64,000 bases of DNA from the IMG/VR virus record IMGVR_UViG_3300031669_005479, positions 32,001-96,000 of that record. One strand, 5' to 3'. A program made the translations under genes and the position numbers. Positions 1-9,800 of the stretch are shown in pieces. The notes under the pieces were generated by a model. It saw only the letters and a list, made by a program, of their open reading frames with translations. It was not told the origin of the DNA and did not search any database. How positions within the stretch are numbered: position 1 is the stretch's first letter; every line of letters begins with the position of its first letter. Source of the stretch: a virus (taxonomy: Duplodnaviria; Caudoviricetes).

Positions 1-302
1 GTATCAGCATAATCGTGATAAATTCCAGCATACGACTTATACATTTCATAATCCATATGACTACCAAATGTTCTAATAAGTTTACCCAATGAACCACTAA
101 ATCTTGGTTCATCGCACTTCCAGCATCTAAACATACGCTTGGCAGTGTTTATCTCAAGGTTAAACTTACCATCTGGGTGTGAAAGACCTTCACGCTCTTG
201 ACAACGAGGACAATTTACTTGTAGTTGTTCACTGTGCTGTAAACCATTGACATCGCCAAAAACATTTTGAATTATTGAATGGAATTCTTCACCACGTATC
301 AT
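1..302 (-). CDS. DNA primase, N-terminal zinc-binding part (runs off the window edge; not in the ORF track)
   Basis: Manual translation from ATG at 302: MIRGEEFHSIIQNVFGDVNG...VNCPRCQERE...FNLEINTAKRMFRCWKCDEP. CxxC...CxxC zinc ribbon typical of phage primases; frame open to base 1; TATATTTG promoter element just upstream. Confidence 0.75.
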   Translation of the reverse strand, partial: MIRGEEFHSIIQNVFGDVNGLQHSEQLQVNCPRCQEREGLSHPDGKFNLEINTAKRMFRCWKCDEPRFSGSLGKLIRTFGSHMDYEMYKSYAGIYHDYAD

Positions 303-306
303 ATGG

Positions 307-314
307 CAAATATA
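307..314 (-). promoter_or_regulatory. Bacteroidota-type sigma70 -7 element (TATATTTG) upstream of primase
   Basis: Minus strand reads TATATTTG, matching the TAnnTTTG consensus, 5 nt above the ATG; TTTG about 20 nt further upstream. Confidence 0.55.
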
Positions 315-316
315 AA

Positions 317-356
317 AAAGTTTTGCCCCAAAACAAAGGTTTTAGGGCAAAACTTT
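317..356 (-). terminator. Hairpin / probable intrinsic terminator after the 366..917 gene
   Basis: Inverted repeat aaagttttgccc...gggcaaaacttt, followed by a T-run on the minus strand. Confidence 0.55.
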
Positions 357-365
357 AAAATTATA

Positions 366-917
366 TTAATACTTTCTATAACTATCTAAGAAAGGGAAAA
401 AAACAATCAGTTTATTTAAAAATGCAACAGGATATATGATTAAATTAGGTGTATTTGTAGTGGGGTTAATTCCCATACTAAATAAAGCATCCTGTAATTC
501 ACTAAATAGTTTAACAACGTTTGTCTTAACATCGCCATCATCAAGTATGCCAGTACCATTTTTAAATTTTCTTAATTCTTCATAAATTCTAAAATAATCT
601 GCCTTAGTTAATTCAAGTTCTGCTGTAAGACTTTTATTTTTTTCTGTAAGCAATTCTAATTGTTCTTCAAGCCACTCAACGCCAACAACTTCTTGTTTAG
701 TAGATTGTTCACTGGACGTTGTTATGATATTTTCCTTTTTATCTGGATTCAAATTAATATCCTGTAAAAGTTCATCAACCTTTGCTTTTGCCTTTAGTTT
801 ACGTTCATCTTCGGCAGTATGTGATGGTTTAACCACATTAGTTACTACATTTTTTTTTATGGTGGTAGTTTTATTTGTTCCACCTTTTGCTAATTTTAAT
901 AGTTTTTCTTTTGCCAT
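366..917 (-). CDS. Hypothetical protein with coiled-coil segment
   Basis: 183-aa ORF in the operon; heptad-like segment WLEEQLELLTEKNKSLTAELELTK. Confidence 0.7.
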   Translation of the reverse strand: MAKEKLLKLAKGGTNKTTTIKKNVVTNVVKPSHTAEDERKLKAKAKVDELLQDINLNPDKKENIITTSSEQSTKQEVVGVEWLEEQLELLTEKNKSLTAELELTKADYFRIYEELRKFKNGTGILDDGDVKTNVVKLFSELQDALFSMGINPTTNTPNLIIYPVAFLNKLIVFFPFLDSYRKY

Positions 918-919
918 TT

Positions 920-2395
920 TTAATCAATTATTATGTTTGTATTTAAATGTGCAACCAATCCAAATTCATGATTCCATACAAACGCATCAGCTGCTTTCGT
1001 ACTTCCAACAAATCCTTTCTTATGATGCCATTCTTCCGTACCTGTGAGACTCGAAAGGTATCTAATTGTAACTCCAAGGTCTTCATTTAATTCTCTTGTC
1101 TTATTTAATTCATATTTAATATTACGCTTTCTATGTATATGACCTAAATGCCATTCATGAAATTTAGTTTCACTCCACATCGGTTTTGATTCGATATCCG
1201 TTGCCATTAACATTGGTAACGAACTTTCCTTTTCTTCACTTCCATGCGTAAGTCCCAACAATACATTACCAAAACGATAATATTTTCTTGGAGAAGCACC
1301 ATTATTAATATAAATCTGTGGGTCATTATTGAACCAAGCCTCTAAATATTTCCCCATATAATAGCTACGTTCAAAATCATGATTTCCAGGTATTACAACC
1401 ACATCAACAGGAACACCCATTTGTTTCAATAAATTAATTGCATCAACTAACAATCTAACACCAATATTAAATGTTTTTTGCCATCTAAGGTCTTCATCTT
1501 GCTGTGTGCCTTTTGTTGTAGTATTCAACAAATTATCACTGTTAAAAAAATCATTTCCAATTGGAAATAGTATTCGAGAGTATTGAAATCCACCTGCCCT
1601 ATACAAAAGTTTTGTAATTGAAGTTAAAAATCTTTCACGTGCAATTTTAGTATCATAATTTTCAAATGTTTCACCGCCCCATGCAAGTTTACCTATGTGT
1701 AAATCAAAAATGCTGATTTCAAGTAAATTATTTTCAACATCATCTGAAAGTTTACTTGGTATGTATTCAAGAACAGGTAAGGGTGGTTTATAATTTTTTA
1801 TCATATCGAGAAAAATTTCACCAACTTTTCTTTCCCTAACATCCATAACACTTTTCTCTAATCGTGCCTTAACTTGAAAATTTTGATATGTTCTTGCTTC
1901 TTCATTAATTATTGCAGTAACATCCCATTTATTTACTGTATAGTCCTTAACCTTCCATGTTTTAGTATCAACCTCACACACAGACAATAATTGGTCTAAT
2001 GTTTTTATATGATCGGCAGGATAATTTTTACCACTATTCCAATTAATTTCTGCGCTATTATCATTAACATTAAATGTAATTTGTTCGCCATTAGTTGATG
2101 GTGGAACATTACCACTTACATTCTCATTTGAATTTAAATTAGTGGTTTGAACTTCTGGTTTATTATATAATGAGATTGTGCTATTTGAAACATATCTACT
2201 ATATGCTGCATTAAATTGATTAAATTGCTCCGAATCCAACGTTCCATTATAATGTGACTCATAAGCCATTGCTTTAACATTTTTAACGTATGTGTCAGAA
2301 AATCCAGCTTTAACTGAGGCTTCCTTTACTGACATTTGATGTTTAATTGCATAGTCTATAATTTCAATTGCATTTTCAATTCGTTTACTTTTCAT
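920..2395 (-). CDS. Calcineurin-like metallophosphoesterase with N-terminal HTH-like extension
   Basis: Full motif set FDLHIG, GNDFFNSD, PGNHD, THG, GHIH. Confidence 0.85.
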   Translation of the reverse strand: MKSKRIENAIEIIDYAIKHQMSVKEASVKAGFSDTYVKNVKAMAYESHYNGTLDSEQFNQFNAAYSRYVSNSTISLYNKPEVQTTNLNSNENVSGNVPPSTNGEQITFNVNDNSAEINWNSGKNYPADHIKTLDQLLSVCEVDTKTWKVKDYTVNKWDVTAIINEEARTYQNFQVKARLEKSVMDVRERKVGEIFLDMIKNYKPPLPVLEYIPSKLSDDVENNLLEISIFDLHIGKLAWGGETFENYDTKIARERFLTSITKLLYRAGGFQYSRILFPIGNDFFNSDNLLNTTTKGTQQDEDLRWQKTFNIGVRLLVDAINLLKQMGVPVDVVVIPGNHDFERSYYMGKYLEAWFNNDPQIYINNGASPRKYYRFGNVLLGLTHGSEEKESSLPMLMATDIESKPMWSETKFHEWHLGHIHRKRNIKYELNKTRELNEDLGVTIRYLSSLTGTEEWHHKKGFVGSTKAADAFVWNHEFGLVAHLNTNIIID

Positions 2396-2430
2396 ATTTA
2401 AATATTTAAATTAATGCTTTTAATTTTTGT

Positions 2431-2438
2431 CAAATCTA
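2431..2438 (-). promoter_or_regulatory. Bacteroidota-type -7 element (TAGATTTG)
   Basis: TAnnTTTG match upstream of the phosphoesterase, with TTGTG about 19 nt further upstream. Confidence 0.5.
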
Positions 2439-2465
2439 TTACAAAAAACTTAAAAGCACAAGTGT

Positions 2466-2774
2466 TTATATAAATATATTACCGCTTTTTTTTAAATATT
2501 GTAGATTTTCCTCAATTTGTCTACATTCATTTTTAAAACTGATTTCATTACTGATTGACATATAAAACCATTCACCTTCTTTACGAAGATATGAATATCG
2601 CTGCTGCAATGCTTTTTCAATTTGATATGCAAATTCTGATTGATAAACTTCAACCAACCTTAACTTAGAGGAGTTTCCAGTTTGCAGTTGTGCTACACGT
2701 TTATTAGGATGCTTTGACACACCAATTTTATAATTACTATTTACTAAAGACTGAATTAAATAAACATATTTCAT
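2466..2774 (-). CDS. T5orf172/MUG113 family GIY-YIG-like nuclease
   Basis: YVYLIQ...YKIGVSKHPNKRVAQLQTGN...IEKALQ...EGEWF signature. Confidence 0.85.
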   Translation of the reverse strand: MKYVYLIQSLVNSNYKIGVSKHPNKRVAQLQTGNSSKLRLVEVYQSEFAYQIEKALQQRYSYLRKEGEWFYMSISNEISFKNECRQIEENLQYLKKSGNIFI

Positions 2775-3382
2775 TTAATGATTCCCAACTGTTTTAAACC
2801 TGCAACACCTACAGTATAAGCATCCGACATATCATAGCACATATCTTTTGGCTCATTACTATTTTTTTTATAAAACCATTCAATTTGTGGCTCTAGTTCG
2901 CAGACTTTTTTCCAAATATACAACTTTTTTTTGTCACGATACTCAGGTGGGAACGATAATGTTTCGACAATTTCACCTTTTTTAACACTACTACTAACCA
3001 ATTCTGTGCAAAATAGCCTACGTGAATTATAAACACTAATTTTTTTTGGGTAAATACCAAATGTCGTATATAAAATATATCTACATATACCATTAAATCC
3101 AAATAGCAATGATACGGTATTTGAATTATTACTTCCACCAAGCGGTTCTTCTACTATGATATGAACGATTTCTCCATTAAGTTCGTTTAAAATATGTTCC
3201 TTATATTCATTAACATATTTTCTAAAAATTTCTGCCTTATGAATATCCCTATCCTCAGCAGGCACGTTTTTATCAGTTTTTAATTCAAGATGTTTAAGTT
3301 CAATAAGTTTTCCATTACTATCCCACAACGCACTTCCAATATTTGTGGTACTAATATCTAATGACCAAATATATTTTTCCAT
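2771..3382 (-). CDS. RuvC-like Holliday junction resolvase
   Basis: RNase H-fold acidic motifs SLDISTTNIG, IIVEEP, YDMSDAY. Confidence 0.8.
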   Translation of the reverse strand: MEKYIWSLDISTTNIGSALWDSNGKLIELKHLELKTDKNVPAEDRDIHKAEIFRKYVNEYKEHILNELNGEIVHIIVEEPLGGSNNSNTVSLLFGFNGICRYILYTTFGIYPKKISVYNSRRLFCTELVSSSVKKGEIVETLSFPPEYRDKKKLYIWKKVCELEPQIEWFYKKNSNEPKDMCYDMSDAYTVGVAGLKQLGIIK

Positions 3383-3391
3383 AACTATATC

Positions 3392-3601
3392 TTATTTATA
3401 ATTCAAATGATTTTCTTTAATCTCATCAACCATTTTCTGAATTGTTTTTGGATTATCTAGGTATAGTCTAATTAGGTCTTCAATAACACCACCAATTTTC
3501 AAACTTCTTCCCTTACAAAATAGTTTAAATTTGTTATGTAATTCACCTTCAATTATAATAGACTTTGGCTTAGTCTCACTCAAAATAAGTATATCTTTCA
3601 T
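3392..3601 (-). CDS. Small ribbon-helix-helix-like DNA-binding protein
   Basis: KSIIIEGELHNKFKLFC...KIGGVIEDLIRLYL strand-helix-helix pattern. Confidence 0.55.
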   Translation of the reverse strand: MKDILILSETKPKSIIIEGELHNKFKLFCKGRSLKIGGVIEDLIRLYLDNPKTIQKMVDEIKENHLNYK

Positions 3602-3680
3602 AATTTATCATAAATTTAATTTCATAATTTATAATAAATACTAAGAAATTATAAAAAAATATAAAAATTTTATATTTTAA

Positions 3681-4412
3681 TTAAAAATCAATTGCAAACA
3701 ATATTGTTCTTGAAATTGTTGAGTCTTTGGGTACTGGATCATTTAATTTACCAATTGCAACTAAATTTTTATTACTATCGTATATTCCAACTTCAGTTAT
3801 ATATACTTTCGAAACGCCATCCCAAGTTGAATTAGTTGTAGAATTAAATTCATTTAATGGCAAATTAATTGAAAGGTCTGTAGTATATACGTCTGCCTTA
3901 ATATCAGCGGTAACATTGCCAAAAAAATACGTTTCATCTCCAAAAGATAGTTGTTCTAGTTGACTCGATGATGGATAATTTAAATAATCCAAAGCATAAT
4001 TTAAATAACTATCATAGTTATTTAATGGAACCTTAAATACTACACTAACCAGTTGACTAGCAGTCAAGAATCCAATACCACTATATCCAACAACCTGATT
4101 TGTAACATCATAATATTTCCATGCACCAGAAATAGGATTAACTAATGAAATATCAGTATTTCCACTATTAACAACCTGAATAATAATATATATTCTATGT
4201 GCAGTAAAACCTGTGCCATTATTCAAATCATCACCTAAAAATTTAAATTCATTTACATTTTGAAAATTCACACGAACTTCTTGTATTGCCAAATTATCCG
4301 TTTGAATTTGCATTTTATTAATATAATTACAATGAATTGCTTGTCCATATCCTGCAGTATTCCCTGTTGGAACTAATGCGTATGTTGTAAAAATTGTATA
4401 ATTACTCATCAT
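3681..4412 (-). CDS. Virion structural protein (baseplate/tail associated); probable start MMSNYT at 4412
   Basis: C-terminal VYITEVGIYDSNKNLVAIGKLNDPV motif common in myophage tail/baseplate proteins. The ORF-track start at 4502 overlaps the upstream gene; A-rich context precedes ATG 4412. Confidence 0.65.
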   Translation of the reverse strand: MMSNYTIFTTYALVPTGNTAGYGQAIHCNYINKMQIQTDNLAIQEVRVNFQNVNEFKFLGDDLNNGTGFTAHRIYIIIQVVNSGNTDISLVNPISGAWKYYDVTNQVVGYSGIGFLTASQLVSVVFKVPLNNYDSYLNYALDYLNYPSSSQLEQLSFGDETYFFGNVTADIKADVYTTDLSINLPLNEFNSTTNSTWDGVSKVYITEVGIYDSNKNLVAIGKLNDPVPKDSTISRTILFAIDF

Positions 4413-4419
4413 GTTTTTT

Positions 4420-5727
4420 TTAACTTCCAATACTATAATTAGGTAATGTCCAAGACCTATTTGACTTATATGACATTGCAAATAACAATTCTTGGTCTTC
4501 AATTACAAATAATTTCAAATCTGGAAATACTTTACCAACAACAATTCCTGATGGGTCTGTTAAGTTATAATATACCGTATTAAGTGATTTAGTTGCACCA
4601 GTCAATAATTTAGAACTACCGCTTGCAACCAATGTAACACCTAATGTATTGCCTGTTGATCTATGATACATTATTGTTGGTATTTCTAATTTGGGCATTT
4701 TATTATCTGGAATGCTAACCAAAAATCCTTCGGCATATACATTTGCTGGTGAATTATTGGTATAATGAATTACGCCTAATTTTTTATAAATAGGTGCTTG
4801 ATTCTGTATATAAGATACAAAACCACCAAATGCGATATTTTTAAATTGTGTATATTTTAGATTTCCAGCACCAATACCAGCAATTTCTTCAGTATATATT
4901 ATAGACATATTCCAAAATGGAAATACTACTGTCGGGCATTGACTATTTTGTAAAAACGAAATTACACTTTCATCAAGATATTCTGTTGGTGTCATACTGC
5001 TTATTGTCGCACCACTAAAATTAATGTGATTATAATAAATCATTGCACCTGCATATACTGAACCAGACACTCCTAATCCACTAAAGTCTGGCAGATTTCT
5101 ATCAACACTAACATTTATACCACTTCCAGATAATCTACCGCTACCATTTATTGATGTAATTTTATACCAAAGATTTGGTGTTGGATAATTTTTATTTACA
5201 TCATACCCTGTTGTATCACCAGAATTTGTCCACCTAATAAATAACAAATCACCAACTTCTGGCTCATTTACATTTGCACCATATGTTGGTGCTTGCAACA
5301 GAGTAAGTGATAACCCTCCGCTAACACCACTGACTTGAACCATTGCATCTGGCTGCTTCACATGATTGCTATCGGTAATAAAAGTAACTCCACTATCGGT
5401 AAAAAATCCAAGAGAACCTATTGAATTTTGAACAACATAGGATGTTGTTGGTATTGTAGCCATTTGGTTATACGAATCACCAGATAAATTTCTTGGAATA
5501 AATGATATTATGTTTGGATTTTTATCTATTGGTCTTAATATGTTAGCATTGAATGCAGTATAACCCGAAGAATCAACATGTGCATCAGCATTAAATTTAT
5601 AATCAATTTCACTATCTCCAAGTGCATAATAACTAAAATTTAACAAACCTTGTGATAGTAAATTTCTACCATATGATGTTAATTTTATATTAATTACAAC
5701 TGGGTCGTTTTTACTTATAAATGACAT
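4420..5727 (-). CDS. Virion structural protein
   Basis: N-terminus INIKLTSYGRNLLSQG...YYALGDSEIDY recalled from large-phage structural proteins; lies in the baseplate cluster with the late-type motif upstream. Confidence 0.65.
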   Translation of the reverse strand: MSFISKNDPVVINIKLTSYGRNLLSQGLLNFSYYALGDSEIDYKFNADAHVDSSGYTAFNANILRPIDKNPNIISFIPRNLSGDSYNQMATIPTTSYVVQNSIGSLGFFTDSGVTFITDSNHVKQPDAMVQVSGVSGGLSLTLLQAPTYGANVNEPEVGDLLFIRWTNSGDTTGYDVNKNYPTPNLWYKITSINGSGRLSGSGINVSVDRNLPDFSGLGVSGSVYAGAMIYYNHINFSGATISSMTPTEYLDESVISFLQNSQCPTVVFPFWNMSIIYTEEIAGIGAGNLKYTQFKNIAFGGFVSYIQNQAPIYKKLGVIHYTNNSPANVYAEGFLVSIPDNKMPKLEIPTIMYHRSTGNTLGVTLVASGSSKLLTGATKSLNTVYYNLTDPSGIVVGKVFPDLKLFVIEDQELLFAMSYKSNRSWTLPNYSIGS

Positions 5728-5783
5728 TTTTTTCTCTTTAGAATAAATACAGTTAAATTTATTTTATTACAATTTTATTCAAT

Positions 5784-6785
5784 TTACAACGGATTTCCAT
5801 TCACAATAGAAATTAAATTACAATTATTTGTTGGTGATATGCTTGAAAGAATATTTGAACTACTAGTTGTTGAAGTCAACTGAAGCGTTGAGGAAATTGT
5901 TGATGGACATAAACTAGAACATGCAACCTGATTATAGTAGCAAATACAATCACCACAATTCATTGTAAAACTTCCTGAATATGTTTGTGTTACTAAATCT
6001 GTATTATATGTTGCAATCGAAACAAATGATGCACAACCACTTGGTTTACAATAGATAATTGTCGATCTTTCACCATGTGAACCTAAATTATTTGATGGAT
6101 ATTTAAAATGATTTACACTATAGTCAACAGTAATTGATTGTCCAGCAGTTGTCAATAATGGCGATATTATGACATTACCACCACTACAAACACTTGAGAT
6201 GGATGTTGTATCATCATAAAATGTTTGATTTAGTAAAACAACTTCATTAATCGCAGGTATTTGAGCAGTTATTGCAGTTTTTATTGTGCCATATCCAACA
6301 CCGATTGCATTTCTAGCGAATGCTCGATACCACGTATTAGTATTTGCTGGAAGACTTGTTGCAGAAAAAGCAAATGTGGTTCCAGTCGTAATGTCAGTAT
6401 TATTGCTAACTTTTAAAACGCTTGAACCAATATTTGTGTAGACAAGCGTTGAATTTGTATTATATGAAAGATACTTCGTATATAATATGCCATATTCTAG
6501 TATTGGTAATATGCCATTTTTATTTGTAATCATATTACCAGTTACATAATATGATGACGTTGTTGGTGTATTAGCAATACCAGTTGAAACACTGGCTATA
6601 TTCATCGGTGGTGCACCTGTAGTGCCAGTTAAAACATTACCATAATATGAAATACCGTCAACAATAAAATATGATTGATATTCGTATATTGCACCTGCAG
6701 TTAAACCAGTTATGTTCCACGTATAACTATCACTAGCAAGTGGACCAGCATTTAATGGTGTAGGTATGAAAGGATTTGTTGGCAT
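5784..6785 (-). CDS. Fibronectin type III-like virion protein with Cys-rich C-terminus
   Basis: ITGLTAGAIYEYQSY and LPANTNTWYRAFARNAIGVGYG FN3-like strands. Confidence 0.6.
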   Translation of the reverse strand: MPTNPFIPTPLNAGPLASDSYTWNITGLTAGAIYEYQSYFIVDGISYYGNVLTGTTGAPPMNIASVSTGIANTPTTSSYYVTGNMITNKNGILPILEYGILYTKYLSYNTNSTLVYTNIGSSVLKVSNNTDITTGTTFAFSATSLPANTNTWYRAFARNAIGVGYGTIKTAITAQIPAINEVVLLNQTFYDDTTSISSVCSGGNVIISPLLTTAGQSITVDYSVNHFKYPSNNLGSHGERSTIIYCKPSGCASFVSIATYNTDLVTQTYSGSFTMNCGDCICYYNQVACSSLCPSTISSTLQLTSTTSSSNILSSISPTNNCNLISIVNGNPL

Positions 6786-6826
6786 TTTTTACTATTTTAC
6801 TATTTAAATTATTATTTTATTTGGCA

Positions 6827-9800
6827 TTACGTATACTGCATACACAAACTATTTAATCCACCTAATGTAAATTGGCCAACATTATTAGTAATGTTTGAAA
6901 TACTTACACATGAGAGTGACTGATTTGTTGTAGGATATGCAGCTACTGTGCATACCATTACGTTCCAGCAATGATTTACATAATCATTATATGTAATTAA
7001 TTTAGTACCAAATGTTCCAGTTAAGTTACATGCATTTACTCCTGTATATGCACAACTATAAACTACAGTATTTCCACATTTAACCTCTGCGCAGATTTTT
7101 GAAGTATTCGTTGCAAATGGCTTACACATATGATAGTTAAATGTAGCATAGAAAGATTCGCCTGCTGTCATTTCGGGTGCTAATATCACACCACAATTAC
7201 TACCGCTTAAACATGTTGGATAATCTGGATATGTTGGATATCCAGTGCAACCAGAGAGTATTACCTGCTTTTGATAAAGCGGATTGCCTAACTGATTAAT
7301 TGTAACACATTTTGGTGTGCCAACTAATGGTGAATATTTAACCACACCCGATCTAGCCAAGCCAGAATTTGCAGCAATTGTGAGATTATTAACAGTTCCT
7401 AATGGAGATGGTGCGACTGATATCGATGGTGTTATCCAACTAGTATTTCCACTAGTTGTATACGTATCCCATGTTGGTCCATATATTGTTACTGGACATG
7501 TAGTACCCGCAGATGAGATGCTCGAATATGTTGTTGGTGTTATTGTAATATCTGGAGTACCAACACATCTATATTGCATGCCATACCAAGCAATATCTGA
7601 ATATCTTTGAATATCCTTACCACCTGTTCCAATCAGTGAAGTGGAACTATATGATGTATTTTGAACTGTATGACCAGATGGAACGGGAAGTACTGAAGTT
7701 AGTGTTTTCAATAACAGCGTATTGCCTGTCGCAGATACAGTATCTGCAATAACAATTGCTCTATATTCGTAAGTAGTATCTTCGGTTAATCCAGTTATGG
7801 ATAAATTATATGCATCAGTATAACCATCAATTAGTGGATATTGTGTCCACGTAGTTGCACCTAATATTCTGTATTGCATACCATATTGTGTTAATTGTTC
7901 GTAACCAACAATATTTTCGCCACCAATATTTAGTAATGAACCAATTCCCGCACTACCAGCAACAGTATCGACAGATATGTTAGATAATTTTTGTGGAATA
8001 ACAAACATGCTACCATCATCACCAAAATACTGCAACGTAGTTCTTTCATTTAAATTACCAGCCTCAATATTGTCATAGGTAACTAATGGTGTTGAGTATA
8101 CTACACCAGAAACATTAACACCTCTTTTATATGTAAACTTTTGTTTTGTGAATATGCTATTTCTAATTAATAGTCCACCCTTTCTTACAATAATCGTTGC
8201 AGACAATAACTGGTCAACAAATCTTTGAAAAAATGCATTATACTTACTTAAAAATGGATATAAATTTTCAAATGTGTATCCATTTGAATGTAATGTATCA
8301 CCAGTCGGAAGTAAACTTCTCTGCATATACAATTCATATATTTTTAATATTGTTGGATACCAACCACCATTGAAGTTTGAAATTGTTTTTCTGTTTCTAG
8401 CATTCACCATTTTTCTCTGAACTAAATCAAGAAATTCGAGAAAAGATAAATTACTAATATCACCAATGCCAAAATCATCTGAAATTGCTGGAGTAAATAC
8501 TGAATTACCTCCAACTAGATAGTAAACACTAATAACTGTACCATATCTAAGTCCTTTTGGCAAGAACACTTCAAATGGGTTCATTACATTGATATCGTAA
8601 TCTCTATATGGTTCTAATGCAATACCATCAACTAAAAATTTAATATCCTCTGTTTTACTTGCTTTATAGTTAAGTTTATATACGTATTTATTTGCACTAT
8701 TATTAAAATATATTTTACTTGTATTAAAACTATCGATTCGCACAATTTCACTTCTTAAATTAATGTCATTGCTACCTGCAACTTGCACATACGCAACCTG
8801 TATTTCAGGATTTGTCGAAAGAAATGAAATTACATCTGGATTCTGTATTATAATTTGGCTAGAATCGACTGAATTATTAGGGTCTAAGATATAATCCGCA
8901 TTAAATTGGGAACTACCTTTAGTAAGTGCAATACCATTAATTGTTAACTGTAAATCACCACGAGGATAACTTGGTAATGGAATTGCTGTACCAGAAGGAT
9001 TTGATTTAATTCGAGTCACTATATATTGAACAGTAATCCCTGTTACTGGTTGAGTGCCACCAGTATATATTAAGGTTGCTTGAATAACATCACGTCTATT
9101 TCCACTAGTTGTTGCATTTTCAGTAAGCAAAGTAAATTGATTTCCAGTTACACTGTAATCGGCATTTGTTAAAGTATTACCCGTAGCACCTGTTTTAGGT
9201 GCATTTAATAAAATTCCATTATATCGAACCTCAAAATCACCCTGAATTTCATTAACGGTATATGGCAAAGTAAATGTATTTTGTTGACCAGTATAGTTTA
9301 AAGAAACGTTAACATATGAATATGGCAATGTATAGCCACTATTATTCGCTTTATAGTCTTCCTGAATATATTTATAAACATCATATTCAATACCACGAGC
9401 AGTATCTAATGCAATATCAACCTCTTTTGTATTGATGACCAATTTACTGTCTTCTTGGTAATATTGTGGAGTTGTATCATCAACCCTAATCGTCTCACCT
9501 GCACGAATCCAAGATTTTTTGTTATCAACGGTTGCAGATAACTTAAATCCTGCCATTCGAAATACATCAAGATATCTTTGGCCACTATCACTATTACCAG
9601 AAATTTGAAAATAAAAATTATTCGTTTCTAACGGTGCAACAGGATATCCACTTGTATCATATGGTAATGAGTTTGTTGGAAAATCTTGTTGGGCGAAAGG
9701 AACTGTATTTGGATTAATTTTACCTTCTACAGTATATACATATTCTGTGATATTGATAAATGGTTCTGGTATTCCAATCAGCAAAAACATCGATTTAATT

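Noticed and set aside
2466-2774. T5orf172 nuclease as a homing endonuclease or intron ORF
   Set aside because: Free-standing and translationally coupled to the resolvase; no interrupted host gene or intron boundaries seen.
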